A program made the translations under genes and the position numbers. From positions 1-64,000 of IMG/VR virus record IMGVR_UViG_3300023202_000034: a stretch of 64,000 nt of DNA; one strand, 5' to 3'. The notes beneath the pieces were generated by a model. That model ran no database searches, had not been told where the DNA came from, and worked only from the letters and a program-made list of their open reading frames with translations. The stretch comes from a virus. Below, piece after piece: positions 1-9,737 of the stretch (position 1 is the stretch's first letter; the number at the start of each line of letters is the position of its first letter).

Positions 1-1
1 T

Positions 2-1438
2 CTGCAGTTGGGGCCCTGAGTTGGGGTTGAACACCATACGTTTATTTACACGGTATTCATTCCAATCTTTGGGCAGAATCTTGTCCGGATTCTTGGCTTT
101 ACCTTTGCGGTCAGCGTAGTCTTTCTCCCAAGCCAGTAGAGTTAATCGGTCTTCCAGAGAAACGATCAACGGGTGTTGAGCAAAGATAGCCTCCTGCTCA
201 TGCATGATTTTTTCAAGGACAGTTCTGGCCTCCTGTACCCGTTCCGGATTCAGGGGCATGCCTGAGAGCTCTACCTGAGTGATCACTTTCTGTGAAGGCA
301 TCATCAGGGTCTTGTAGAGTTCTTCCTGTTGGTCTGACACCATGATCGGGTAGTACTTGTCGAACACATAGTTCGTGCACACACCGTCAATAAGGTTGTA
401 TTCCAGCAGGTCTGGCAGCGGGATCTTCAGGACGTTGGTGATCTCTGCCTGAGCCCAATTGCCGGCATACTCCTGAGCCAGGTCTTTCAGGCTGAGTTCG
501 TTACCGGCACAACTGTTGGTGGCCAGGTACGCAATGATTTTTGTGTCTTGGATTCGCTGATACATCAGATGCAAACCGTGGAGTAGCCCGGCTGTGTCCA
601 GCAGGTTGTCCATCCACAGGTTGTAGATCAGTACCTTGGTATCAAAGGGTGAGTTGTGGTATTTCAGCGTGCCTTTGTAGTTCTCGAAGAACCAACGCAG
701 CAGCCAGCGTACCTTGTGATTGGGGACCATCTTGCCGTAGTACCCGTCTTCGGTGGGTTCCTCAAACGGCTGGTAATCGACCGGGAAAGCAATCCCTGAG
801 TGCTGATCCCAACTGAACGTAATGGTGGCAATCCCGGCTTCTTCAAAGCGCAGGCTGGCGGTTTCAACGTCACAAGCCAATGAGGGATAATCCATCAGCT
901 TGGTCAGCCAGGCTTTGACATCCTCAAGCATCATCGGGTAGTGAGCATCTTTGAGAATGTCTTTACCTAATTGGTTTGTCTGGCCCAGAACGGTGGTGGT
1001 CAGAGCGTTCAGACTCATAACCATCTTGGCTTCGTTCTTCGGATCGTAAATCAGAGATTTGTGATTAACCCCCAGGATTACGGTGAAGTGTTCGTAACCT
1101 TCAATGACACAAGGCAAGGCATAGCCCAGATGCTTTTGGGCAGTCTGGGATTTGGTGAGTGCCTTGAAGTACTCGGCGTCTGCACAGTACAGGAACTTGG
1201 CACCCACACTGTCCAAGGCAGGAAGTAGCTGTTCCAGATATTCAAGAATAAATTTCTTGGGGGCTTTACCTTTCTCGTTGTAAGCCAAGGTGAACGAAAT
1301 GATTTGGTCTCGGGGAACCCCTGCAGCAGTGAGTGGGTTCACATAACTGCTCTGGATTTCCAGGGTATTAAATGCGGCCGCTTTAATAAGCAGCGCCACT
1401 GGATACGTGGCTGATTGATCAAATACCAAGTGGCGCAT
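2..1438 (-). CDS. N4-like family A DNA polymerase, 5' part (runs off the window start)
   Basis: Open frame from ATG 1438 (MRHLVFDQSATYPVALLIK...), missing from the ORF track because it has no stop in the window. Contains 3'-5' exonuclease motifs ACDVET, YHNSPFD and YNLID. Follows the helicase as in N4. Confidence 0.9.
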   Translation of the reverse strand, partial: MRHLVFDQSATYPVALLIKAAAFNTLEIQSSYVNPLTAAGVPRDQIISFTLAYNEKGKAPKKFILEYLEQLLPALDSVGAKFLYCADAEYFKALTKSQTAQKHLGYALPCVIEGYEHFTVILGVNHKSLIYDPKNEAKMVMSLNALTTTVLGQTNQLGKDILKDAHYPMMLEDVKAWLTKLMDYPSLACDVETASLRFEEAGIATITFSWDQHSGIAFPVDYQPFEEPTEDGYYGKMVPNHKVRWLLRWFFENYKGTLKYHNSPFDTKVLIYNLWMDNLLDTAGLLHGLHLMYQRIQDTKIIAYLATNSCAGNELSLKDLAQEYAGNWAQAEITNVLKIPLPDLLEYNLIDGVCTNYVFDKYYPIMVSDQQEELYKTLMMPSQKVITQVELSGMPLNPERVQEARTVLEKIMHEQEAIFAQHPLIVSLEDRLTLLAWEKDYADRKGKAKNPDKILPKDWNEYRVNKRMVFNPNSGPQLQ

Positions 1439-1483
1439 AAGGCAATTCCTCATATTGATATAAAGTGAAGCAAGTGAAGCGGG

Positions 1484-2014
1484 TTATATCAACAAGTTTA
1501 ACACCATCCGTTGTTTCATTAATTCAATCGGAATGGTGTTCTTTTGTTTAATAGCCTCTGCTTGTTGAACTGTTATTTCTTCTGCACGACATACACAACT
1601 GTCAATCAGCTCCTGAATAGCAGGATGCACAGAAGAGGGGAATAATTTGAAGTAATCTGGCAAATGCTCTGAAGCGTTTAATACCTGAGTAATATAGTTC
1701 ATTACATAAGGCAACTCTTCATTGTTTAACTTGCTCTTATCTGCCAGGTACTCCTCCATTAAGGATTCCAGAGAGTCATGCAATTCATTAATGGGCAGAG
1801 GAAAAGGGGGTTTGCTGGCAGGGTCGTTATACACCTTGCCATTGTAGCGGAAACACGGTTGGCCATTACGAAAAAGAAGAGAGTTCTTAATTACAATGGC
1901 TTTCAATCGCTGTTCAAACTGCCTTTTAGTGGGTTCATACAGGTGGTTGTAGATTTTGTCCAATATACGCTGCTTGGTAGCAGCGTCGTATTGGAGTTCA
2001 GTGTCGTGACTCAT
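1484..2014 (-). CDS. Conserved N4-like protein between helicase and DNA polymerase
   Basis: 176 aa; overlaps the helicase stop; N4 synteny. Confidence 0.7.
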   Translation of the reverse strand: MSHDTELQYDAATKQRILDKIYNHLYEPTKRQFEQRLKAIVIKNSLLFRNGQPCFRYNGKVYNDPASKPPFPLPINELHDSLESLMEEYLADKSKLNNEELPYVMNYITQVLNASEHLPDYFKLFPSSVHPAIQELIDSCVCRAEEITVQQAEAIKQKNTIPIELMKQRMVLNLLI

Positions 2015-3258
2015 ATCAGATCGCCTGTAAAGAAGACCTTATACCGTGCACGAGATACTGCAACGTAAAGCATACGGGCTACCTGATTGGTATCACGGCA
2101 TTTCTTAACGTCGTCCAGATCAATGAACACAGCGTTGTATGTTGAGCCTTGAGACTTGTTGATGGTGCATGCGTAAGCTGCACGCAAATCAATCCAGGCT
2201 CGGTTAATGTCGGAAACAACATCAAACTGGTTTTCCTCTTTGGCCAGGTTGACACGCTTTTTCTTGTCATCCGGGTTGGTAGGCATGAACGCCGTATGGC
2301 GATTGTCCAAGGTGTACTCAAAACCAGGCACATCATGTTCTTCGGCAGGTGTCATCGAAGTAATGCGCACCATTTGATCGGTCTTGATCTGACAATCCCG
2401 GGTATGGATGTAAGCATTGCAGACCGCGTAATCCCCTTCAGAGAACTGAGGACTGCCTTTGACCAGGTTACGGATGCCATGGTTATAACCAATGACGGTC
2501 TTGTTGGTCCAAGCCAGTACCTTGGAATCCCGGTCGGTCCAGTCCGGACGGTTGAATTCTTTAACGATCTCCGCTTCAAAAGCTTCCCGGGGCAACCATT
2601 GAATATGTTGACCATCGGGTTTGAATGAGAAGAACTCGCCAGTATTGACCGTGTTCCGGAAAGCTGTAGACAGATCAATGATCGGGTTTCCCTTGGCTTG
2701 GCGAACCACTTCGGTCAACTCTGCTGTAGGGAAGCCTGCGTTAAACACGGGTACCTGTGACGACTTTACAGGGGTCAGCTGGGCAGGGTCTCCGATGAAC
2801 ATGATCTTACAGTTCTCGGTACGCTTGAAAATCAGGTCCAGCAAATGGGAATCCACATAGCTGGCTTCGTCAATAATGATCAATGCGTTGCGGACGATCT
2901 CTGCTTTGGGCGCCGGCACCAGCGTACTGACCTGAGTCACGTAGTTCTTTTCAACACGCAGCCCGAGAACGGACTGGATGGTACGCACTTGTTGCTTTGC
3001 AGCCAGCTCAAAGGCTTCTGCTGCTTTGTTGGTGGTAGCGGTTAGAACCAGTTCCATGTTCTTCTGTTTTGGGTCAACCAAAGCCAAGGTACGGAACAGT
3101 TTTGAGATCTGCTCGATGAGGTATTCAACCAGCGTGGTTTTACCAGTACCGGCATAACCTTTCAGGACAAATACGTGTTCGTTGGGGTCAATGACAAACT
3201 GAGCGAAGCCCTCATAGGCCGCTTGTTGCCCTGTGGTAAGTTGCAATGCTGCGCCCAT
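2011..3258 (-). CDS. SF1B (Dda/RecD-like) DNA helicase
   Basis: GYAGTGKT Walker A, IIDEAS, GDPAQL, KSQGSTY, YVAVSRAR. Confidence 0.93.
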   Translation of the reverse strand: MGAALQLTTGQQAAYEGFAQFVIDPNEHVFVLKGYAGTGKTTLVEYLIEQISKLFRTLALVDPKQKNMELVLTATTNKAAEAFELAAKQQVRTIQSVLGLRVEKNYVTQVSTLVPAPKAEIVRNALIIIDEASYVDSHLLDLIFKRTENCKIMFIGDPAQLTPVKSSQVPVFNAGFPTAELTEVVRQAKGNPIIDLSTAFRNTVNTGEFFSFKPDGQHIQWLPREAFEAEIVKEFNRPDWTDRDSKVLAWTNKTVIGYNHGIRNLVKGSPQFSEGDYAVCNAYIHTRDCQIKTDQMVRITSMTPAEEHDVPGFEYTLDNRHTAFMPTNPDDKKKRVNLAKEENQFDVVSDINRAWIDLRAAYACTINKSQGSTYNAVFIDLDDVKKCRDTNQVARMLYVAVSRARYKVFFTGDLI

Positions 3259-3270
3259 GAGGGAGTCTCC

Positions 3271-3618
3271 TTATACGAAATCGGCTACTGCTTCTTCCAA
3301 TGGGAGCAGTCCTTTTTCAATTCGTGGAATATCATTTGGATACACATTCAGAAGGTTGGCCATCTTGATAGACAGGTACTCTGAATGTGGCATGATTTTG
3401 GTGGTCAGCAGGTCGCTGTCATTCAAGGAATTCAGGGGCAGAATCTTGTGATCACGGCTGTAACTACCTTCCAGAAGTTCTGCAGATTCCAGTGCCTCGA
3501 CCAGCTGCATTCCGGCTTTGTAGGGCAAAACCAGTTGCTTGTTGTAGTCGAGCCGAAACACCATGAAATGGGGTTCGGGTTTTTTGGAAGCTAGTTTTCT
3601 TGCTTCATTAAGATCCAT
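3271..3618 (-). CDS. Hypothetical protein
   Basis: 115-aa ORF with GGAG RBS, in the middle operon. Confidence 0.7.
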   Translation of the reverse strand: MDLNEARKLASKKPEPHFMVFRLDYNKQLVLPYKAGMQLVEALESAELLEGSYSRDHKILPLNSLNDSDLLTTKIMPHSEYLSIKMANLLNVYPNDIPRIEKGLLPLEEAVADFV

Positions 3619-3661
3619 ATTTTACTCCTAAGCCATAAAGCAATAAGGCCCCGGAGGGGCC

Positions 3662-4777
3662 CTATTGAATGTCGTAATGAATGACTTTACCGAATGGTGC
3701 CTCCCATTTCGGGTTGTCGTGGATAACCCAGACCACGGGTACACCTGGGTCGAAGGAGGCCGGACGGAAATACCCGTCAGTAAACACCACCAGTACATCT
3801 GGCTTGTTCTCTTGGCCCCATTTCATGACAGGGTCAATTGCGGTACCTCCACGGCCACGGAAGTTGATTCGCATCAGTTCCTGAGCAGTACGGATGGTAT
3901 CGGTCTGGAACACCCGGGTATCAAACTGAACCAGCTTGAGAGACTTGGGCTTGACCGTTTTCAGTACGCTGTAGCTGTCGCCTACGAACTGCTTGGTTTC
4001 CTTATCAGAGACGGAACCCGACATATCAAAGGCAAAGGCCACGTCACCGAGGGCTTCGGAATACGCCGAAGGCAGAATGTGGTCGGGCAGGTAACGTCGA
4101 TTGGGTTTACGGAAGCTGTAGTCGGACTTCAACATACTGTTGAAGTACTTCTTCAGAATCCGATCCCAGGGGAGCTTGGGGTTGACCAGGGAATCGATGT
4201 ACACCTGAAGCTCCCCTGGGATACTCCCAGGGTCATCACCGGCCATACCGGCTGCGACAGAGGCCTTAACAAGAATGTCATCCATCTTGTCTTTCAGATC
4301 CTGTGCAGCACCGGGACTTCCGGAAGGCACAACATCCTGATTAAAGTCAGGAGGGGGATCAGGAATCAGCTGATAGACTTGCATGGAAGACAGCCCATCG
4401 TACTGATGATCCAGGCAACCACCTGGAGGTAATTCAAAACCAGAGTGATCCAGCATGTTGTTGATCACAAAATCCTGAGCTTGATTCAGTTTTTTGGGAT
4501 TGAGATCAGGACGGTGGAACATTTCGTTCAGATGATCGAATGCTGGGTGCCAGGTTTCATGGAGCATCAGGCCCAGTTGCTGTGCCGGGGTCAATGACAG
4601 AAACCACCCGGGGTTGTATTCGATGTACTTGCCGTCAGTCTGTGCCATTGGAATCTTGTCATTGAACCGATGGATCAACGAGAAGCAGACCGTGGTAATA
4701 AAGGTACAGTTTTTGCGGGCCATAAGCTGAATCTTGGCTTTGTCCAACGCTTTTTGTGCAGCTGCAAGTTGATCCAT
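3662..4777 (-). CDS. Metallopeptidase-like + vWA domain protein (N4 gp25-like)
   Basis: HETWH (HExxH), MIDAS DMSGS, GRGGT, VFTDG. Confidence 0.88.
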   Translation of the reverse strand: MDQLAAAQKALDKAKIQLMARKNCTFITTVCFSLIHRFNDKIPMAQTDGKYIEYNPGWFLSLTPAQQLGLMLHETWHPAFDHLNEMFHRPDLNPKKLNQAQDFVINNMLDHSGFELPPGGCLDHQYDGLSSMQVYQLIPDPPPDFNQDVVPSGSPGAAQDLKDKMDDILVKASVAAGMAGDDPGSIPGELQVYIDSLVNPKLPWDRILKKYFNSMLKSDYSFRKPNRRYLPDHILPSAYSEALGDVAFAFDMSGSVSDKETKQFVGDSYSVLKTVKPKSLKLVQFDTRVFQTDTIRTAQELMRINFRGRGGTAIDPVMKWGQENKPDVLVVFTDGYFRPASFDPGVPVVWVIHDNPKWEAPFGKVIHYDIQ

Positions 4778-4784
4778 GAAGGGG

Positions 4785-5252
4785 TTACTCCGGGTTAATC
4801 AGTTGCTTGGTAAGGAAGAGCTTAGAATTGCGTTCCTGGTTATCCCAGGGGATGACTTGGATACCTTTAATACGTTCGCGTACAAGGTCAGCCAAGGCAT
4901 TGTAATCGTGTAGAACCGTTTCCAGTTCCATAATAGGCACAGACAAGTCTTCATCATAAAGAACGACGGCGACTTGCTCTCCCTGGGCATCGTAGCGGTT
5001 ATATTGATAACCTTCGGAATACTCATCGCCGCTTCCCCAAACACTGTCAAAGGGGATGCCCAGTTTTTCTAAATCAGGTAGGAAGGGTAATTCACCATAA
5101 TTAACTTTTTCAAAGCCAAAGACCACAGTTTGAGAGTCTTCAGGATCGTTATACACGTTCTCTTCAGTAATTCCGTAGTCTTCCAAGAAGGGGTGTGCTT
5201 TTTCTACGTGGGTTCTCAGGAGCTTGAGTTGTACGTAAGTACGGTCTCCCAT
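4785..5252 (-). CDS. Hypothetical protein, member of local paralog trio
   Basis: 155 aa; IPFD and C-terminal WDNQERNSKLFLTKQLIN. Confidence 0.75.
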   Translation of the reverse strand: MGDRTYVQLKLLRTHVEKAHPFLEDYGITEENVYNDPEDSQTVVFGFEKVNYGELPFLPDLEKLGIPFDSVWGSGDEYSEGYQYNRYDAQGEQVAVVLYDEDLSVPIMELETVLHDYNALADLVRERIKGIQVIPWDNQERNSKLFLTKQLINPE

Positions 5253-5255
5253 GTA

Positions 5256-5633
5256 TTACTCCTTGATCAGGTTAATTAGCTTGAGGGTAGCCCACTCTTT
5301 TCTAAGACGGACCTGTTGAGCCCAGTCAGAGGTAATGAGGCCTTGCTTGCGAGCGCCAACTCGGTAGTGATGTTGCTCATTAAACCGGGCATAACCGGTA
5401 CTTCCGGTGGTGTCGTTATGTGCAACATAAGGCACTTTCTCAGAAACCAGCGTACCCAGCACCTCTTGGACGCGAGCAGTCCTAGTTCGTAGACGTACAG
5501 AAATGAGTGTCTGTAACGGTGAGACGTTGCCGTACTTCACCGCTGCGCCCAGACCATTTACAGCTCTAACCAGATAATCAGAATGCTCTCGATGCACATA
5601 CAAGCGCACCGAGACTAGCCTTTGCTTTTCCAT
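5256..5633 (-). CDS. Hypothetical protein, member of local paralog trio
   Basis: 125 aa; VPY and C-terminal WAQQVRLRKEWATLKLIN. Confidence 0.7.
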   Translation of the reverse strand: MEKQRLVSVRLYVHREHSDYLVRAVNGLGAAVKYGNVSPLQTLISVRLRTRTARVQEVLGTLVSEKVPYVAHNDTTGSTGYARFNEQHHYRVGARKQGLITSDWAQQVRLRKEWATLKLINLIKE

Positions 5634-5640
5634 GGTTGGG

Positions 5641-5931
5641 TTATTCAGGATTAGGTGGATTAATCAATCGAAGTGTTTTCAACACACTTCGGATCTTCCA
5701 TTGGTTTTCCCAGGACATATCCAGCTCATCTACCATTTCATTGGTGATCAACTCATAGCGCCCGTCTGGACGGCACCTCCGGCTTGTTTTCTCGCCTGTT
5801 GGGTATACAAGATCAAAGGGAATCCAGTCATGGTGAAGTATCCGCAGAGCAGACACGAACCCATATTCTCTGGGGTAAATACGTAGCTTGCGAGTACCAT
5901 CAAGCCCTGGGAGGTGGTCATAAAACCTCAT
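5641..5931 (-). CDS. Hypothetical protein, member of local paralog trio (start uncertain, ORF open to 6066)
   Basis: IPFD and C-terminal WENQWKIRSVLKTLRLIN; the upstream extension is hairpin-rich and probably non-coding. Confidence 0.6.
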   Translation of the reverse strand: MRFYDHLPGLDGTRKLRIYPREYGFVSALRILHHDWIPFDLVYPTGEKTSRRCRPDGRYELITNEMVDELDMSWENQWKIRSVLKTLRLINPPNPE

Positions 5932-6065
5932 GGAAGGATACGCTTCAGCCAGTTTTCGCTTGACTGTCCAATAACACTCCTGAGGTAGTGTCAAAGATCC
6001 TGCAGGACTTGACGGTGAACACCCCAAGGGGTGATGGGGGCTTACGCCCCCTCTCACCCGAGCCA

Positions 6066-6945
6066 TCAGAACAGCTCAGTAGCGTTCCGTGTAACCCAAT
6101 CCTGTACCGCTTTGTTTTGCAGTAGGGGTTTCTTTCTACGGACAATTTCCCGCAGACAGGTCACCTGAAACTCAACAGGAATACGCTGAACGAATTCCAT
6201 CAGAGGTCCGATGTTCACTTCGGTTGCGTTATGCGCAATGGTACCGGTCAATGCATACAGCACGTCCGGTTCTTCTGGGACTGTGACACCCATCGGATTG
6301 GCCGCAATTTGCGGTACGGTCAGCAGCTGGCGGTAGATCTGTGAGTAACCGAAGAACTCCCGGGCTACACCTTCAGAGATGGTGCCAGCCAGCAGTGGCA
6401 GCAGGTCACGTTCAATACGCTCTTCGCTTTTGATAATCCGTGAGCAGAATTCCCAGGTTCTGGGACTGGCGTAGGTTTTGTCATCATGATCCGGTTGGAA
6501 TCGGTACAGGTTGTCTGGCTTGTACTTGATGTACGATGTGATCCGGTGATCAATGCCGTTGGACGTTGCCCATTCAATCCACTGATCTACATCCACAGCC
6601 AGTTCCAGGTGAACCAGTCGTGACTGCAAGGCTGTGCTCATCTCTTCAACCATGGCGTTGTCCGTGTCCAGGTTACCAGCACAGGCAATGGCACAGTTCT
6701 TGTGAATGTTGAATTCACCGATCTGTTTGTCCAGCACCACTTTGTAAGCGGCTTTCTGTACCGAGCGATCAGCGTGATTCATTTCATCCAGTAACAGAAG
6801 CCAGCCAGCATACTCGTGAACGTACTCAGTACCTTTTTCATCCTTACGGAGTTCGGTTGGCAGAGCGTCACCTTCCAGTGGGAATGTACTCATCGGCAGA
6901 TAGCTGGCACGACGGGCTTCTTTATCGATGTGCGGAAATCCTAAA
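6066..6945 (-). CDS. MoxR-like AAA+ ATPase (N4 gp24-like), exon 2
   Basis: Walker B LLLDEMN, AGN, ALQSRL, SPRTWE. Joining to exon 1 gives DPTDLLGFP and a 354-aa protein. Confidence 0.88.
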
Positions 6946-7761
6946 CCTTATGTTCGAGGAAGGTCGCAACACCTTCCCCCGTTCTCTTATGAACTGCTGC
7001 ATATCACTATGCAGAGCAGACTATATCAACACCCTCTGTTTACACAGGTGGGGTGGCTACCGTTTCGAGCACCATTGGCTTGTGCTCTACTCCCTCATGG
7101 GATAGTCGTTCGGCATATTATCCAAGACTGTCCCAAAGATACGCCCTGTACCGTCGATTCTTTACCTTGTTCAAATAGCTCTGAGTAATACCAAATTTGG
7201 TCGCGGTGCCTTTGACACTAGCGCCTTGCTTGATTTCTCGGAGAGCGTCTAATAGTTCAGAATCTGAGTATTTCGCTTTATGGTGGGCCTGGCCAAGTGA
7301 AACCAAACCACTCTGTAAAGCGTGGGTGTAATTCTTTCTTTGGGTAACGATCTCTAGGTTACTGACTGCGTTGTTGCTAGGGTTTCCATCAAGGTGGTTG
7401 ATGACCTTACCCTCAACGCTTCCTAGATATGCACTGGCAACCAAGCGATGTACAAGCCCGTAACTCGCAATCATCCAATACTGATTTTTGGATCTAGCGT
7501 TATTCACTTTCTGGGGCTTGAGTTGGCGTAGGTTACCTTGCTTGGTCGAGAAGATATTACCTTCACGATCGGCGTAGATACCGTTGTGCATCGTTTCCTG
7601 CATAGTCGTTACCTCCTGTGTTTGTTAAATAATAAACACAACGACTATAGAAGTCAATTTTGGAATTTAGCACGGGATTGTCCTCACCATTATGTGGGCG
7701 GAGTTTCCCCGTTTAGGTAGCTTTCGACACAGAATTTCTCCTGTGAAGCCCTTATTAGTTA
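6946..7761 (-). mobile_element. Group I intron (816 nt) with HNH homing endonuclease in the AAA ATPase gene
   Basis: Exon ends in U (GACCU), intron ends in G (CAUAAGG). P4 AACGGGG/AAUCCCGUG; P7 CGACUA/AUAGUC; in-frame stop just inside; removal restores the frame. Confidence 0.88.
7118..7603 (-). CDS. Intron-encoded HNH homing endonuclease
   Basis: VHRLVA...INHLDGNPSNNAVSNLE; C-terminal HTH-like segment; AGGAGG RBS. Confidence 0.9.
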   Translation of the reverse strand: MQETMHNGIYADREGNIFSTKQGNLRQLKPQKVNNARSKNQYWMIASYGLVHRLVASAYLGSVEGKVINHLDGNPSNNAVSNLEIVTQRKNYTHALQSGLVSLGQAHHKAKYSDSELLDALREIKQGASVKGTATKFGITQSYLNKVKNRRYRAYLWDSLG

Positions 7762-7946
7762 AGGTCGGTTGGATCACACTGAGCCAGTCGCAGATCGATC
7801 AGCTTCAGGTTGAATTGTTTGGCAATGGCTTTGAATAGCTCAGACTTACCACAACCAGGAGAGCCTGCCAGGAACGGTACCAGACCGACTTTGATGGCCC
7901 GGATAATAAGATCGTGGGCCTGGTTCATGTTTACGGGAGTTGTCAT
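7762..7946 (-). CDS. MoxR-like AAA+ ATPase, exon 1
   Basis: Walker A GSPGCGKS, IDLRLAQCDPTDL. Confidence 0.88.
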
Positions 7947-7958
7947 GTGAATGTTTCC

Positions 7959-8780
7959 TTAACTGGCTTCAAGAAGTGAGAGTTTCTTCTGGAAAGTGAC
8001 TTGTTTGGCACGGCGATCAGGTAGATCTCCGTAAATGAAATACTGGTGAATCAGGGTGTTAATCATTCGCACACCCAGGGTGTTCTGTTCGTAGTTGTCT
8101 TTGAGCACCTGAGAAATGCGATCAACAACCACAGGGCGTTTTACGTCCTCAAACAGTTCCAGGTAGTTGTCCAGTAGCGGACTGGTTTCCAGGATGTTGA
8201 GCATATCCTCCAGAGACAGTTTCTCCAGAGCAAACGTCAGACCAACTCGGCCCAGGAACTCGGTTTTTATTCCGAACTCTCGCAGGGCATCCAGGTCAAT
8301 GTCTTCCTGACCGTTGAAGGCGCCGGCAAAGATGAACAGAACGTTCTTCACACTGGCTTGGTGATACTTGCCGTAGTCACCAAAGACACTGGCGGTGTCA
8401 CTTTCGAGTACCTTGAGGAACTCGTTCTGGACACCGTTGGTGGTCTCGTGAGCCAGTTCTGAATTAGAGTTCCCTGAGATAAACAGCTTGTCGAACTCAT
8501 CCACAAAGCAGACCACAAGACGGTCTGCATGCATCATCAATGGCGACAAGGCCTTACTGAGGCTGTTACCGGCTGTACCTTCTTTGGTCAGCTGAGCTGC
8601 GTTGACTTCCAGAAAGCCCAGATCCAACTCTTCAACGAGCTGCTGAATCGTGTGGCTTTTACCGGAACCAGAGGGACCTGTCAGGATTGCGTGAGGACGG
8701 ATAATGCCTTGCGACGATTTGTGAATAGTCAGCACTCGCCGCAGACCGGCAATGGTCTGTGCGTTGGTTTGGGTTTTCAT
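7959..8780 (-). CDS. Minimal ClpX/HslU-like AAA+ ATPase
   Basis: TGPSGSGKS, FVDEFDKL, GVQNEFLKVLE, NVLFIFAGAF, FGIKTEFLGRV; no N-terminal zinc domain. Confidence 0.82.
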   Translation of the reverse strand: MKTQTNAQTIAGLRRVLTIHKSSQGIIRPHAILTGPSGSGKSHTIQQLVEELDLGFLEVNAAQLTKEGTAGNSLSKALSPLMMHADRLVVCFVDEFDKLFISGNSNSELAHETTNGVQNEFLKVLESDTASVFGDYGKYHQASVKNVLFIFAGAFNGQEDIDLDALREFGIKTEFLGRVGLTFALEKLSLEDMLNILETSPLLDNYLELFEDVKRPVVVDRISQVLKDNYEQNTLGVRMINTLIHQYFIYGDLPDRRAKQVTFQKKLSLLEAS

Positions 8781-8825
8781 GGAGATTTCCTTGAGAGATA
8801 AATGCAAACAGCGCCCGGAGGGTGC

Positions 8826-9185
8826 CTACCACCAGGGCCAGTAGAAGACTTCTCGACCTTCTTTTAGTGCTTCTTCAATCTTGTCGCAGATGTCTGAAAG
8901 CTCTCTCATATCGTCTTGTTGGTCTTCGAGTTCTTCCTCATTGTTAGGCTCTTCAGTAGGCGTAAATGCCCTCATCATAGCCAACTCATGTTCCTCGATA
9001 ACTAACTCAACTGTGTTGAAGTCTTCAATCTCTTCAGGGTACATATCACCCATGTATTCGTTGAGTGAGTAGAACTTTCGGAAGTAGCCCAATTCAGTAG
9101 ATTTATAAGGATCTTCTCCTGTGATTAGAGCTTCGGCTTTCTCTTCAGAGGTCTTTTTAGCAAGCCAATACATATCAAGTCCCAT
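8826..9185 (-). CDS. Hypothetical acidic protein (MGLDMY...YFRK...YWPWW type)
   Basis: 119 aa; AAGGAG RBS. Confidence 0.75.
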   Translation of the reverse strand: MGLDMYWLAKKTSEEKAEALITGEDPYKSTELGYFRKFYSLNEYMGDMYPEEIEDFNTVELVIEEHELAMMRAFTPTEEPNNEEELEDQQDDMRELSDICDKIEEALKEGREVFYWPWW

Positions 9186-9345
9186 TTGATATCTCCTTCA
9201 AAAGACTGTTGTGGTAGGTCATCAACAGGACGTACATCTCGTTGAGATTAGAGATAGGCACCTGGTCGAGAATGAACTCAGCAGCTTCGTCGAGACTGTC
9301 CATCTCTGGGTAAATGGTTTGGGGTATGGGTTTGATTTCAGGCAT
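9175..9345 (-). CDS. Small hypothetical protein (56 aa, below the ORF track cut-off)
   Basis: MPEIKPIPQTIYPEMDSLDEA...MTYHNSLLKEISNGT; overlaps both neighbours; GAGG RBS. Confidence 0.65.
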   Translation of the reverse strand: MPEIKPIPQTIYPEMDSLDEAAEFILDQVPISNLNEMYVLLMTYHNSLLKEISNGT

Positions 9346-9721
9346 TCATGGCCTCTTTATAGATTATTGCTCTTGCTTGTTGGATGGCTTTCATAGCATT
9401 ACTGAATGCGTACTCATTCATGTTGCACAGGTAAACCAACACATTTGCATGCGAAAGCACGGGAGCTGACAGTGCTTTATCCAGGGTGAAGGCATCCGGT
9501 ATCTGGTGCTTCTCTTTCACCACTGCCAACAGGGATTTATCGTTACCGGAGCATTCAAAGACTTCTCTGGAAGCCAATACACCGCGTTCTTGTAAGACAC
9601 GTTGAATGGTTCTACGGGACAAAGAGTAAGCCATAGCAATGTCTGTCTGGCTTTCTTCTTTGTTTATAAAACGATCAACAACGTCGGATTTCTCTTGTTC
9701 ATTTAAGCAAGTAACAAGCAT
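9338..9721 (-). CDS. HTH DNA-binding protein
   Basis: SQTDIAMAYSLSRRTIQRVL helix-turn-helix. Confidence 0.7.
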   Translation of the reverse strand: MLVTCLNEQEKSDVVDRFINKEESQTDIAMAYSLSRRTIQRVLQERGVLASREVFECSGNDKSLLAVVKEKHQIPDAFTLDKALSAPVLSHANVLVYLCNMNEYAFSNAMKAIQQARAIIYKEAMNA

Positions 9722-9737
9722 GGTTATACCCTCGGGT

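Noticed and set aside
5932-6066. Hairpin-rich spacer after the ATPase as a tRNA or intron remnant
   Set aside because: No cloverleaf or intron core; only a GGGGGC-GTAA-GCCCCC stem extension, probably an mRNA stability or processing element.
7755-7761. Premature stops in the ATPase, RNAP2 and thyX as pseudogenes, sequencing errors or stop-codon recoding
   Set aside because: All three are explained by group I introns whose removal restores the frame and conserved motifs; other genes use the standard code.
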